Positions 16,781 to 25,510 of a DNA stretch of 32,000 nt are shown here, one piece after another. Position 1 is the first letter of the stretch. Every line of letters begins with the position of its first letter. The notes under the pieces are model-generated. The model ran no database searches and was not told the origin of the DNA. It saw only the letters and a list, made by a program, of their open reading frames with translations. The DNA is from Nitrosopumilus maritimus SCM1 (lineage in GTDB: Archaea > Thermoproteota > Nitrososphaeria > Nitrososphaerales > Nitrosopumilaceae). The position numbers were made by a program, and so were the translations under genes. Location of the stretch: assembly GCF_000018465.1 (NCBI RefSeq), contig NC_010085.1, positions 1,230,001 to 1,262,000 of the forward strand, written 5' to 3'.

Positions 16781-17611
16781 TTGTTAAATCCAAATTTAAT
16801 CAAACGTTATAATCAAAATTCACCCACACACATCATGAATAAAAAACAACTAACAGTTGTAATGCTTTCTGTATTGGTAGTTGCAGTGTCTGCAACTGCC
16901 GTATCATCAGAGGCAGATGCACAAAAGCCAACATCAATGCTATCTTTTGAAAAAACCATTGACGTTGTAGGAATAGGAATGATTTCCACAGATCCTGATC
17001 TTCTAACAATTCGATTGGGACTGGAGACCAAAGGCGATACTGCAAATGATGCACTGACTGCAAATTCTGCCCAGATGAGCAAAATACTACAGGCCTTAAA
17101 GAGCGTGGGCATTTCTGAATCAGAAATCAGCACGTCATCACTAAACATTCGTCCACAGTACGAATACGTTTACGATGAAACACGTGACAGAGACACAAGA
17201 ACGCTTGTAGGATACGAGGCATCCAACATCGTCACAGTAGAGACAAAGAGTCTTGACTTGGCAGCATCAATCATTGACGCATCAGTTAATGCAGGCGCAA
17301 ACAAAGTAGACTCTGTTTACTATTCACTGTCTACTGAAACCCAGATGAGTCTCAAAGACCAGCTTCTTGAGCAGGCCGTAATCAATGCACAGGAAAAGGC
17401 CAAAAATGTATTAGCTCCACTTGACCAGAAAATAATTGGTGTAAAGAGCATCTCTGTTTCTGAATTTGGAATTCCAACACCATATCCAGTATTTAGCGGC
17501 AGCAATATGGTCTTTGATGCAGCAATGAAGAGCAGTTCAACACAGCTGTTCTCATCAGAACAAGATGTCACAGCATCAGTTCACGTTGTCTTCCACATAG
17601 GAAGCAACTAA
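16781..17611 (+). CDS. SIMPL domain (DUF541) secreted protein
   Basis: ISTDPDLLTIRLGLETKGDTANDALTANSAQMSKILQALKSVGISESEISTSSLNIRPQYEY; ATG near 16834 (MNKKQLTVV...) is the likelier start with signal peptide. Confidence 0.88.
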   Translation: MLNPNLIKRYNQNSPTHIMNKKQLTVVMLSVLVVAVSATAVSSEADAQKPTSMLSFEKTIDVVGIGMISTDPDLLTIRLGLETKGDTANDALTANSAQMSKILQALKSVGISESEISTSSLNIRPQYEYVYDETRDRDTRTLVGYEASNIVTVETKSLDLAASIIDASVNAGANKVDSVYYSLSTETQMSLKDQLLEQAVINAQEKAKNVLAPLDQKIIGVKSISVSEFGIPTPYPVFSGSNMVFDAAMKSSSTQLFSSEQDVTASVHVVFHIGSN

Positions 17612-17639
17612 TTTTTTCTTTTTTGTTGAATCGCATAAT

Positions 17640-17682
17640 GGTTCACAGATCAATAATTGTTTTATGAATATTGGTCTGAATC
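17640..17682 (+). repeat. Dispersed 43-nt hairpin element, copy A
   Basis: GGTTCA CA GATCAATAATTG TTTTA TGAATATTGGTC TGAATC. Confidence 0.65.
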
Positions 17683-17713
17683 CCATTAGATTGAACTGTT
17701 TTTAGGAATAAAA

Positions 17714-17833
17714 TTAATTTTCATTTTCAAGTATCTTTTCTACTTCTTTTCTATGAGTGGTGCAGTATAGCCCCGATTCTTTACACTTTGGACATTGTAG
17801 ATACTTGTAATAATCAATCATACAAAAAACCAT
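17714..17833 (-). CDS. 39-aa Cys-containing microprotein
   Basis: Direct translation MVFCMIDYYKYLQCPKCKESGLYCTTHRKEVEKILENEN*. Confidence 0.5.
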   Translation of the reverse strand: MVFCMIDYYKYLQCPKCKESGLYCTTHRKEVEKILENEN

Positions 17834-17959
17834 AATTCGTCAATTAAAAGATATTTCGATGTAATCATACTAGTAGAAGTATGGAGTCTTATTTTGGGAG
17901 GAAAAGAATTCAAAAAAAATCACATCCATTTTTGTACAAAAAATAAAAAAATCTTTCAA

Positions 17960-18259
17960 TTATTTTGATAAAACTGAAAGAATAGGCATTGCATCCCACT
18001 GATACATGTGATGTACTAGAACTCCATCACATTCTTTGGAATATTCCGCATAGAATTTTTTTGCATCTTGTTCTGTTGCTTCAAAAACTGCCATACTGCT
18101 TGGCTGGTTGTTAAAAGAACCAGACCACATTGTGCCCTTTGATGACTGCCAGTCATCCACCAGTGATATGATTTTTGGTCTAATTCTCTCAATGTCTTTC
18201 TCTGAGGCATCATCTCCAATTGAGCTTACTATAACCCATGGTTTTAGTTGATCATACAT
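17960..18259 (-). CDS. Conserved hypothetical protein (99 aa)
   Basis: ORF track; well-formed small globular protein. Confidence 0.65.
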   Translation of the reverse strand: MYDQLKPWVIVSSIGDDASEKDIERIRPKIISLVDDWQSSKGTMWSGSFNNQPSSMAVFEATEQDAKKFYAEYSKECDGVLVHHMYQWDAMPILSVLSK

Positions 18260-18623
18260 GATACACCATATGCAAATTTGAAATTAAAGATAGAGATGAT
18301 TGTAATGGTATGATACAGTTTGTTATGTCAAAACTCTAGAATAGAAAAAGAAAATAATCATCTATTTTATTACAATTACTATACATCAAAACATGTTCAA
18401 ACCATGTTTTCTTACCCTGACACTTTTTTGCAAGCAAGGTTTGATCCAGAGAAAGCATTAACACAATTCAAGGTTCATCCACATGGAAGTTGCTATTGGC
18501 ATAACTTCGAGTAAACTGTGTTAATGTTTTCTTTGTTAAAATCAAATTTCATTTTGCAGTCATATTCTAGAGAATTGGAATGTCTAGTTTTTTTATATCT
18601 GATTTATTTTTGCTCAAGTTTGG

Positions 18624-18965
18624 ATGGCAAAAAAAATAACACCATTACTTGTAGAAAAATACGATATTTCTCACAAAATTTTCAGTGAACTTGCAAACTT
18701 GGAATCAAGACACATTTTGTTTGCAATTATAAAAAAGCCAAAACGTGCTCAGGATATTTCAAAGGAGACAAAAATCCCACTAAGCTCAGTATACAATAGA
18801 ATATCCAGTCTCAAAGAATGCTCACTAATGTATGAAAAATCAGATTTCGCAGACAATGGACATGTTGTTACACTATATCAGAGCTTGATCAAGGACGCAG
18901 AGATAAACGTCGCAAAACTGGAACCGACAATCGCGTTGACTAAAAATCAAAGTGTAAAAAAATGA
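18624..18965 (+). CDS. Winged-helix transcriptional regulator (TrmB/MarR-like)
   Basis: HILFAIIKKPKRAQDISKETKIPLSSVYNRISSLKECSLMYE. Confidence 0.8.
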   Translation: MAKKITPLLVEKYDISHKIFSELANLESRHILFAIIKKPKRAQDISKETKIPLSSVYNRISSLKECSLMYEKSDFADNGHVVTLYQSLIKDAEINVAKLEPTIALTKNQSVKK

Positions 18966-19078
18966 GCAAGTTAACATCTTTGAAAATCTGTGTTTTGTGT
19001 GGGAGCATCTACACAATATATCCAATGACAAAGTCAAGGGATTCCTGTCCCAAATGCAAAGGTCTTTTGGTGCCATAG
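18962..19078 (+). CDS. 38-aa zinc-ribbon microprotein, coupled to the HTH gene
   Basis: MSKLTSLKICVLCGSIYTIYPMTKSRDSCPKCKGLLVP*; ATGA overlap with upstream stop. Confidence 0.72.
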   Translation: MSKLTSLKICVLCGSIYTIYPMTKSRDSCPKCKGLLVP

Positions 19079-19079
19079 A

Positions 19080-19250
19080 ATGGCATGTAGGGGAATTTGT
19101 GAGAGATTTCGCTCAGAGACCAAGAGGTACAAGATTGGCGTGAAGAGATGTACTTCTTGTGACACATATCTTGAATATGATGGAGTTCAATGTCCTTGTT
19201 GCAGAACACATCTGCGTGCTAAAAGAAAAACCAAAGGATACAGAACTTGA
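19080..19250 (+). CDS. 56-aa seven-Cys zinc microprotein
   Basis: MACRGICERFRSETKRYKIGVKRCTSCDTYLEYDGVQCPCCRTHLRAKRKTKGYRT*; same pattern as the 13.9-kb protein. Confidence 0.75.
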   Translation: MACRGICERFRSETKRYKIGVKRCTSCDTYLEYDGVQCPCCRTHLRAKRKTKGYRT

Positions 19251-19341
19251 ATGGAGTTTGTTATGGGTTTGAATTTCTCATTTCCATACATGTTGTATCT
19301 CAAAAAAAGTCCCAATCAGATGTGAAAAGATCCAGTTTGAT

Positions 19342-20667
19342 TTAGTTACGGGGCGTGTAATACTGATATTCATCATCATCTACTTTTTCAGGAACATAAT
19401 TTTCAATAAACAAGACCATCTCTATTGAGGATGAGTCTGTGGGCACTTTGAAAATATAATCGGTGTGGTGTTGAGGATATGGCGCATCAGGTGCCCTGAT
19501 GAATGGTTGTTCTTTGTAATCTACCTCTATTCCATCAACTAGAATTAATACGCTTAACAGATCACCCTGATTCCAGTCATTAGGCCCGTACATCATATAG
19601 TAATTTCCGCCATTTTCTGGCACCCTGATTTTTGCAAAAGTATCATAAGCGGTTGGCTCAAAATTCCAAATCGTATTACTGTCCTCGGGCACAAACTCTA
19701 TGAGGTTTATCGTAAATGGTGCTGAATATTCAAAGATGTTGTAACGCATCGTTTCAGGAAACATGTAGTTTCTCTCCAAGAGTTTTTCAATTGAGTTTTG
19801 CTTTAAGAATACAGTCTCCATTCTGAGATTTTTCCATGCTTGCAGGTCTGGAGGAACGTCTGATTTTTGATTAACTTTGATTGAATGTATCTTTGCATCA
19901 TCTCCCATTGCACATAAAGGGGACAATTTGTCATCCAAGTGAAAATCTGTCAGAACATTATTTTTCAGCGAGCCTCCAAAATATTTCAGACCAGCCTTTG
20001 GCTTTTGAAATTCACCACAAAAAGAAACAACATTCTCGCCATAATCAAAGTTAAACTTTCCAACCGTAAACTCTTGGTTGTTGAGATTTGGATTTCCTCT
20101 TAACTCATGTTTTATGGCAGCAGCCACAAAGGCTTCTTGATCATCAGCAAAGTATGATTTTTCTTCAAGAAATATTGCAGCTACTTGTTGTTTTAGTGGA
20201 CCAAAACACCATCCATAGTTGGATTCATCAACCACATGTCCGTGAATTGATTCTGGAGTTGGAGTTTCAGTAAATATCTTGGTGTATTGGATGTCTGTAC
20301 TGTTAATTGCAGCTTCCAACCAATACACTTGATTATCGGCATAATCAATTACATATCCGCAGTTGTAACTTGACTCTTGGTATATTGCACGTTGTGGACC
20401 ACGATTAAGCACAATGTCTTCAACAGAAATATACACATCATGCTCTATTCTCAGATTCTTTTGAAAAATTTCAGGCATTATTTTTGCAATCAACAAGTCA
20501 TAGTCTATTTTCCCATCATGAGTAAATGAGACATTGTAATTTTCAGTATAGGGTACATAGTCTCTTCCAGAAGAACTGAATTCCTGAGATTGGGCATATG
20601 CCAGAGTAAATACGCCCAGTCCCAAAGCAATACATGTAATTATCAAGAATTTAGTTTTCATTTTCAT
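19342..20667 (-). CDS. Secreted hypothetical protein
   Basis: Track start at 20805 overlaps the next gene; signal peptide MK(MK)TKFLIITCIALGLGVFTLAYAQ indicates a start at 20667 or 20661. Confidence 0.78.
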   Translation of the reverse strand: MKMKTKFLIITCIALGLGVFTLAYAQSQEFSSSGRDYVPYTENYNVSFTHDGKIDYDLLIAKIMPEIFQKNLRIEHDVYISVEDIVLNRGPQRAIYQESSYNCGYVIDYADNQVYWLEAAINSTDIQYTKIFTETPTPESIHGHVVDESNYGWCFGPLKQQVAAIFLEEKSYFADDQEAFVAAAIKHELRGNPNLNNQEFTVGKFNFDYGENVVSFCGEFQKPKAGLKYFGGSLKNNVLTDFHLDDKLSPLCAMGDDAKIHSIKVNQKSDVPPDLQAWKNLRMETVFLKQNSIEKLLERNYMFPETMRYNIFEYSAPFTINLIEFVPEDSNTIWNFEPTAYDTFAKIRVPENGGNYYMMYGPNDWNQGDLLSVLILVDGIEVDYKEQPFIRAPDAPYPQHHTDYIFKVPTDSSSIEMVLFIENYVPEKVDDDEYQYYTPRN

Positions 20668-21124
20668 ATTCTTCCATTGTTTGCCATTCACACGAACTGT
20701 TGGTAATAATATGAGTGTCATTTGAATACATATATCCAATACTAGGTTGAATTCCAGTTGCATTACAACTGTCCAAAACTTTTTGGTATTGCAGCATGGC
20801 ATCAATATCTAAAATCAATTCAGATGGATTGTCAGGATGGGTTTTGTATATTGGCTTTTGATCTCCAAAATCATCTGAATGCACCCAACCCACACCAGGA
20901 TACAGTTTGTATCCAGCAGCTAATTTTGCATCTCTTTCTGCATTTGGAATTGTTAGACTGTCAGTTATCTTTGATTCAGATTCTACAACATAATTAGTAT
21001 CTAAAAACAAGTTCATTACACCATAAAATGCAAAGAGAATCAAGACGGCAATACCAACATTTCTTGCAAATTTTTTCTTGTATCCAGAACCAACAGGTGT
21101 GAAAAAATAATTGAAATTGTTCAT
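20651..21124 (-). CDS. Membrane-anchored hypothetical protein (157 aa)
   Basis: N-terminal TM VGIAVLILFAFYGVMNLFL; overlaps neighbouring genes at both ends (operon). Confidence 0.72.
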   Translation of the reverse strand: MNNFNYFFTPVGSGYKKKFARNVGIAVLILFAFYGVMNLFLDTNYVVESESKITDSLTIPNAERDAKLAAGYKLYPGVGWVHSDDFGDQKPIYKTHPDNPSELILDIDAMLQYQKVLDSCNATGIQPSIGYMYSNDTHIITNSSCEWQTMEEYENEN

Positions 21125-21375
21125 TTTGTAAACTCCTCATACTCTATCTTCTCACCGCAGTAAGGGCAGTAATTCATTGAAAAAAATGCAATGTTGCCAT
21201 CAACACTCGTATCCTTAAAGTGAAATTTTGCCCACTTTACATTCCACAGCTGAAAGTGCTTGTCATGCTCCTTGAGTTGTTTGCAACACCACCATGTTCT
21301 GTGAGTATCTACATGAAATTCTGTGAATTTATCACAAGTAGGATCATCAAAGTGTCTGGTGAAAAATACTTTCAA
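21121..21375 (-). CDS. Small hypothetical protein with C-terminal CPYCG knuckle (84 aa)
   Basis: ORF track; 4-nt overlap with 20651..21124. Confidence 0.65.
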   Translation of the reverse strand: MKVFFTRHFDDPTCDKFTEFHVDTHRTWWCCKQLKEHDKHFQLWNVKWAKFHFKDTSVDGNIAFFSMNYCPYCGEKIEYEEFTK

Positions 21376-21449
21376 TAATTCAAGCTAAAAATATGAGGTT
21401 CATAAATACTTCTAATCTTTGTTTTGGACTCACTCTCTTATTTTTTATT

Positions 21450-21492
21450 GATTCACAGACCAGTATTCGTTTTACGAGTATTGGTTTGAATC
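21450..21492 (+). repeat. Dispersed 43-nt hairpin element, copy B
   Basis: GATTCA CA GACCAGTATTCG TTTTA CGAGTATTGGTT TGAATC. Confidence 0.7.
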
Positions 21493-21726
21493 CCTACAGT
21501 TCCAGATACTAAGTTGTAATAGTTTGAATCTTTTTTTGACACAAAATTTGATTCAATACAAATTATTTTGAGAAAAATTAATTTTGTTTATAAACAAAAG
21601 TGTGCGGCATCAAACTAAGTTCACAAAACCCGCCCCCGGCACACAATTTTAGAAAGTATTATGCATTTTTCATGTTGATTTTAAGATCTAATGTCTTTAA
21701 GGGTAAAAGTGGCATCATAATACAAA

Positions 21727-22203
21727 GTGAAGCAAAATGACAGAATTTTGATTATTGCAGGACTAGTTTCAGGAGTGATGGGTCTTATAGTAATGGTGGG
21801 ATTTATCGGACAAGGGAACATAAGACATGTTGAGATATTTTGGACTGAAAAAGTAGAACAAACAGTAGTATTCCAAGAGATTGATGGAGAAACACAAATT
21901 CAGGCAATCAAAGGAGTCAAAGGAGACAACAACCCAACATTGATTTCAAGAACAGCTTTTGCATATGTCCTTACTGTAATTAATAATGGAACAACACATC
22001 ACAGACTATACATTGATGGATTTAATGTTCAGACAGACTTGTTAGAACCAGGACAACAAGATACAATTACATTTTATCCAGAAAATGAAGGAGAGTTTAC
22101 CTATTATGACAAGAGACAACATCTAGAGCCATTAGGTAAGATCAAAATTTTCTCCGTAGTTCCAAGTGACGAGTTTACTGGAGTTTGGAAAGATTTAGTT
22201 TAG
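21727..22203 (+). CDS. Membrane-anchored beta-rich extracytoplasmic protein (158 aa)
   Basis: N-terminal TM then cupredoxin-like beta pattern (TITFYPENEGEFTYYDKRQHL) without clear Cu ligands. Confidence 0.65.
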   Translation: MKQNDRILIIAGLVSGVMGLIVMVGFIGQGNIRHVEIFWTEKVEQTVVFQEIDGETQIQAIKGVKGDNNPTLISRTAFAYVLTVINNGTTHHRLYIDGFNVQTDLLEPGQQDTITFYPENEGEFTYYDKRQHLEPLGKIKIFSVVPSDEFTGVWKDLV

Positions 22204-23066
22204 GATTTTTGTGACATGATTAAATCTACTTTGTAGTTTAGCGTTGCTCGTGGATTTAGTTTAAGAGTCCATGGAATGTAGGATGGCTTTTTTGTAGAAT
22301 TTGAAATCTTAAATCCTAAATTCTTCAAATCAGTGCGTAAACTAGATGCATCTACAGGATTTTTCACAGAACTAGGTCCCCTATCAAAATCATAAGGATC
22401 AGATATTACAAAGTATCCTTTTGTGATTTGTTTTGATATTGATTTGAGTAAAACATTTGGTTCGATTATTTCTAGTACATTTAGGGCCAAGATTAAATCA
22501 AATTGCAATTTACCAAATACAGGACTCAATGAATCAGCTACAAAATAATCCAAGTTGTCGTTGAATTGTTTTTTTGCAATTTGAATTGCAGAAAACGAAC
22601 GGTCTACACCAAATACTAATTCATTAGAATTTGCCAAATGACTAGTTACAATTCCAATAGAGCAACCATGCTCTAAGACAAATTTTGAAGAAGGTAAAGT
22701 ATCTAAATTCTGCTTTATTGTAGAATAAAATTTTGAAGTTTCACTATTTTGATAGATTCTAGCCCACTTTTCTTCAATATCACTACGGTCATTGGTTTTA
22801 GCATTAAGGGATTTTTTTACAAAACTCTTGAGTTTAGATGTTGTAGATAACTTGTAGAGTTTCCCACCAAGAATTCTTCTAGAAGAAAGATACTTTGAGA
22901 AATCATTCCACATTATTGGGATTTTTTGTATGATTGGAAATTCTAAATTACATTTTTTACATTGAAGAATACCTTCTTCAATTTCTTTTTTGGATTCAAA
23001 TACATCAAGTTCAAGTTTAGCACCACATTTCATACATCTTAAAAATTCAAGACTTGATTGAATCAT
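22200..23066 (-). CDS. SAM-dependent methyltransferase with N-terminal Trm112-like zinc ribbon
   Basis: CMKCGAKLELD...ILQCKKCNLEFPIIQKIPIM; FVLEHGCSIGIVTSHLANSNELVFGVDRS. Confidence 0.85.
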   Translation of the reverse strand: MIQSSLEFLRCMKCGAKLELDVFESKKEIEEGILQCKKCNLEFPIIQKIPIMWNDFSKYLSSRRILGGKLYKLSTTSKLKSFVKKSLNAKTNDRSDIEEKWARIYQNSETSKFYSTIKQNLDTLPSSKFVLEHGCSIGIVTSHLANSNELVFGVDRSFSAIQIAKKQFNDNLDYFVADSLSPVFGKLQFDLILALNVLEIIEPNVLLKSISKQITKGYFVISDPYDFDRGPSSVKNPVDASSLRTDLKNLGFKISNSTKKPSYIPWTLKLNPRATLNYKVDLIMSQKS

Positions 23067-23149
23067 GAGAAATTAATTATTCCAAGCTATATTTCTTTGA
23101 TGCAAAATCAAGATAATGTTAAATGTAGTAATCCAAGATTAATTCTAAA

Positions 23150-24346
23150 ATGGGCGAATATGAGGAATTTGCAGAAGCACTATTTGGTCAATTATCAGTA
23201 GAAATTGATGAGGAAAAAGAAATTTCGAGCCTAGCAGTTAAGGCCAAAGAAGATCTTGCAGGCAAAGTAGAGTTCAAAGATATTGAAGAGATTACAAAGG
23301 ATGTAGTACCTCAGTTCAAAGAAAAAATAAAAGACTTTCTTGGAATTGAAGTACCAAACAACATAGAATTCAAGTTTCCAGAATTAGAAGATCTGAAGAG
23401 ACTCAAAGGAGAAAAGGTATTTGCAGATAATGAATCAAAAGAATTTGTCAGAGATTTATTTGATGCAGTTGCAAAAGAGAATAATGCAAAGATTGCTGAA
23501 TTAATGAAAAAAGATACTGCAAAGTATTTAGTGTATTCTACTTACGCAATTCAATACATCTCAAAGATTACAACAACTTATGGAGATTATCTTGATGGTG
23601 TGATTTACCTTAACAGATTCATATTATCACGTTATCCACAAATTATTTTACATAAACAAGGAGAGCCATACGAATCAAGATTTGAGAATGTAAATTCTGG
23701 ATATACAGGTGGAATAAAGATGGCAGTGTTAGAAGAGTTAATTCACTCCACACAAGAAAAGTTACATCAAATTAACAAGGATGCAGCAATGCAAGTAAAC
23801 AAAATCAATGAAGAACTAGCAGGAATTATTCTAGAATTAGATACAGAAACTGTTAACATGTTAGCTGAATATTGTCAATTACAAACAGTACCAGATGATT
23901 TTCCATTTGCAAAAAGGGCAAACCTATTTTTCTTTTTGAATCCAGATCATTTCTTAATTGAACAAATAGGACCTGATGTCATGACATTCACACATGTAGA
24001 GATGGACCCGAAAATCAAAGAAGCAATTCCACAACTATTAGACATTTACAAGAGATGGCTTGCACCAATACAACATCATCATGCAGCATTTACTGCAATG
24101 GAAGGCATGGCAGGATTTGCAATTGAAAATATTCTCAAAGATGATCAAGACTTTCAGAATTATCTGACCACATTCATGGGAACAGACTTTTCGTCATATC
24201 AGGTAAGAAAGAGCATGGGTAAGGACTTTACAAAGGCAATATATGAAAAACTAGGCTCAAATACCTTCAAAAAAATCATAGACATTCCCCCAAATACTAG
24301 AGAACTCAAAGATCCTCAACTATACCTTAGCAAGTTGAGTCAGTAA
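23150..24346 (+). CDS. Conserved hypothetical protein (398 aa)
   Basis: Long uninterrupted ORF, acidic N-terminus, no family recognised. Confidence 0.8.
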   Translation: MGEYEEFAEALFGQLSVEIDEEKEISSLAVKAKEDLAGKVEFKDIEEITKDVVPQFKEKIKDFLGIEVPNNIEFKFPELEDLKRLKGEKVFADNESKEFVRDLFDAVAKENNAKIAELMKKDTAKYLVYSTYAIQYISKITTTYGDYLDGVIYLNRFILSRYPQIILHKQGEPYESRFENVNSGYTGGIKMAVLEELIHSTQEKLHQINKDAAMQVNKINEELAGIILELDTETVNMLAEYCQLQTVPDDFPFAKRANLFFFLNPDHFLIEQIGPDVMTFTHVEMDPKIKEAIPQLLDIYKRWLAPIQHHHAAFTAMEGMAGFAIENILKDDQDFQNYLTTFMGTDFSSYQVRKSMGKDFTKAIYEKLGSNTFKKIIDIPPNTRELKDPQLYLSKLSQ

Positions 24347-24349
24347 TAA

Positions 24350-25168
24350 TTGGAAAAAGAGTTTGATCCATTTGTTGCAGAATGGTTTTCATTTGTAAAA
24401 AATCCAAATTTCAATCTAGTTGAAAAGTGTCTCAAGTTTGCACAGATTCTAGAATATCCAGATCTTGATATTGAAAAACACATTGAAAAGATCACCAAAA
24501 TTGGAATGTCTCTTAAAGAGTCAATTAGTGATGTAAAAAATCCAACATATCTCATATCAATGCTAAATGAACATCTCTTTGAAAATCTAGGATATAGTGG
24601 AGATGATGATGACTATTACAATCCAAAAAATAATTTTCTAAACGAAGTAATAGATAAAAAAACAGGACTGCCAATTACAATATCGATTCTTTATGCAGAA
24701 GTAGCAAAGTTTATTGGATTGGATCTCAAAATTGTAGGATTTCCAAGTCATATTCTGGTAAAATACAATGAAGAGATGATACTAGACCCATTCTATGATG
24801 GACGATTATTAGACATTGATGACTTGCAAGAGATTCTTGATACAAATTATGGTGGAGAGATAGAGTTTAAACCTGAATTTTTAGACGAGATAACACATGA
24901 ACAAATTCTGGTTAGACTAACTCGTAACTTGAAGAATTCCTATGTTCAATCTTTTGTTTATGACAAAGCATTACGTTGCGTCAATATGGTATTAGCAATT
25001 GAGCCAGAATCACCTGATGACATAAGGGACAAAGGAATACTAGAAGAAAGATTGCTAAATTATGATAGTGCTTTAAAATATTTGAATAAATATTTGGAAA
25101 TTAATCCAAATGCAGAAGATGTAGATTTTATTTTAGAATTGATTAGAAGTATAAAGACAAAAAATTAA
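24350..25168 (+). CDS. Transglutaminase-like SirB1/TPR domain protein
   Basis: DKKTGLPITISILYAEVAKFIGLDLKIVGFPSHILVKY and C-terminal TPR-like LLNYDSALKYLNKYLEINPNAED. Confidence 0.82.
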   Translation: MEKEFDPFVAEWFSFVKNPNFNLVEKCLKFAQILEYPDLDIEKHIEKITKIGMSLKESISDVKNPTYLISMLNEHLFENLGYSGDDDDYYNPKNNFLNEVIDKKTGLPITISILYAEVAKFIGLDLKIVGFPSHILVKYNEEMILDPFYDGRLLDIDDLQEILDTNYGGEIEFKPEFLDEITHEQILVRLTRNLKNSYVQSFVYDKALRCVNMVLAIEPESPDDIRDKGILEERLLNYDSALKYLNKYLEINPNAEDVDFILELIRSIKTKN

Positions 25169-25335
25169 TCAATAATAGAATCTATGTCGTTTCCTTTCTT
25201 AATCATTGAGATTTCATGACGAGCAATTTTGTTTCTCAATGCTCTTTTTAGGATGTCGACTTCACTTCTGAGCAATGCAATTTCATCTTCAAGTTTTGCA
25301 ACTCTTTCATAGATAGTTTCAGCTTCTGAACTCAT
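25165..25335 (-). CDS. 56-aa coiled-coil microprotein (not in the ORF track)
   Basis: MSSEAETIYERVAKLEDEIALLRSEVDILKRALRNKIARHEISMIKKGNDIDSIID*; clear Leu/Ile heptads. Confidence 0.65.
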   Translation of the reverse strand: MSSEAETIYERVAKLEDEIALLRSEVDILKRALRNKIARHEISMIKKGNDIDSIID

Positions 25336-25510
25336 GATTATCTATCATGAAAAAATTGTCTTAAAAAGTTATGGGTAAATAATTTGATGCGAAGGTTAGC
25401 TTTTTAGACTATAATTTAACATAGGAAATATTGACTTTTTCTTTAAATGACTGACTTTTAAGGCTACTAAAATAGACACTAATCCAAATCTAGAATTAAA
25501 GTTAGATTTT

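Noticed and set aside
19009-19209. Antisense ORFs 18873..19076 and 19009..19209
   Set aside because: They oppose the coupled + strand HTH/zinc-microprotein operon, whose motifs and overlaps are much more convincing.
20668-20805. N-terminal extension of ORF 19342..20805
   Set aside because: It overlaps 20651..21124 and lacks sense; a signal peptide begins at MK(MK)TKFLIITC (20661-20667).
21481-21500. TTGGTTTGAATCCC as the T-arm of a tRNA gene
   Set aside because: No acceptor, D or anticodon arms could be folded around it; it is the 3' arm of the repeated hairpin.
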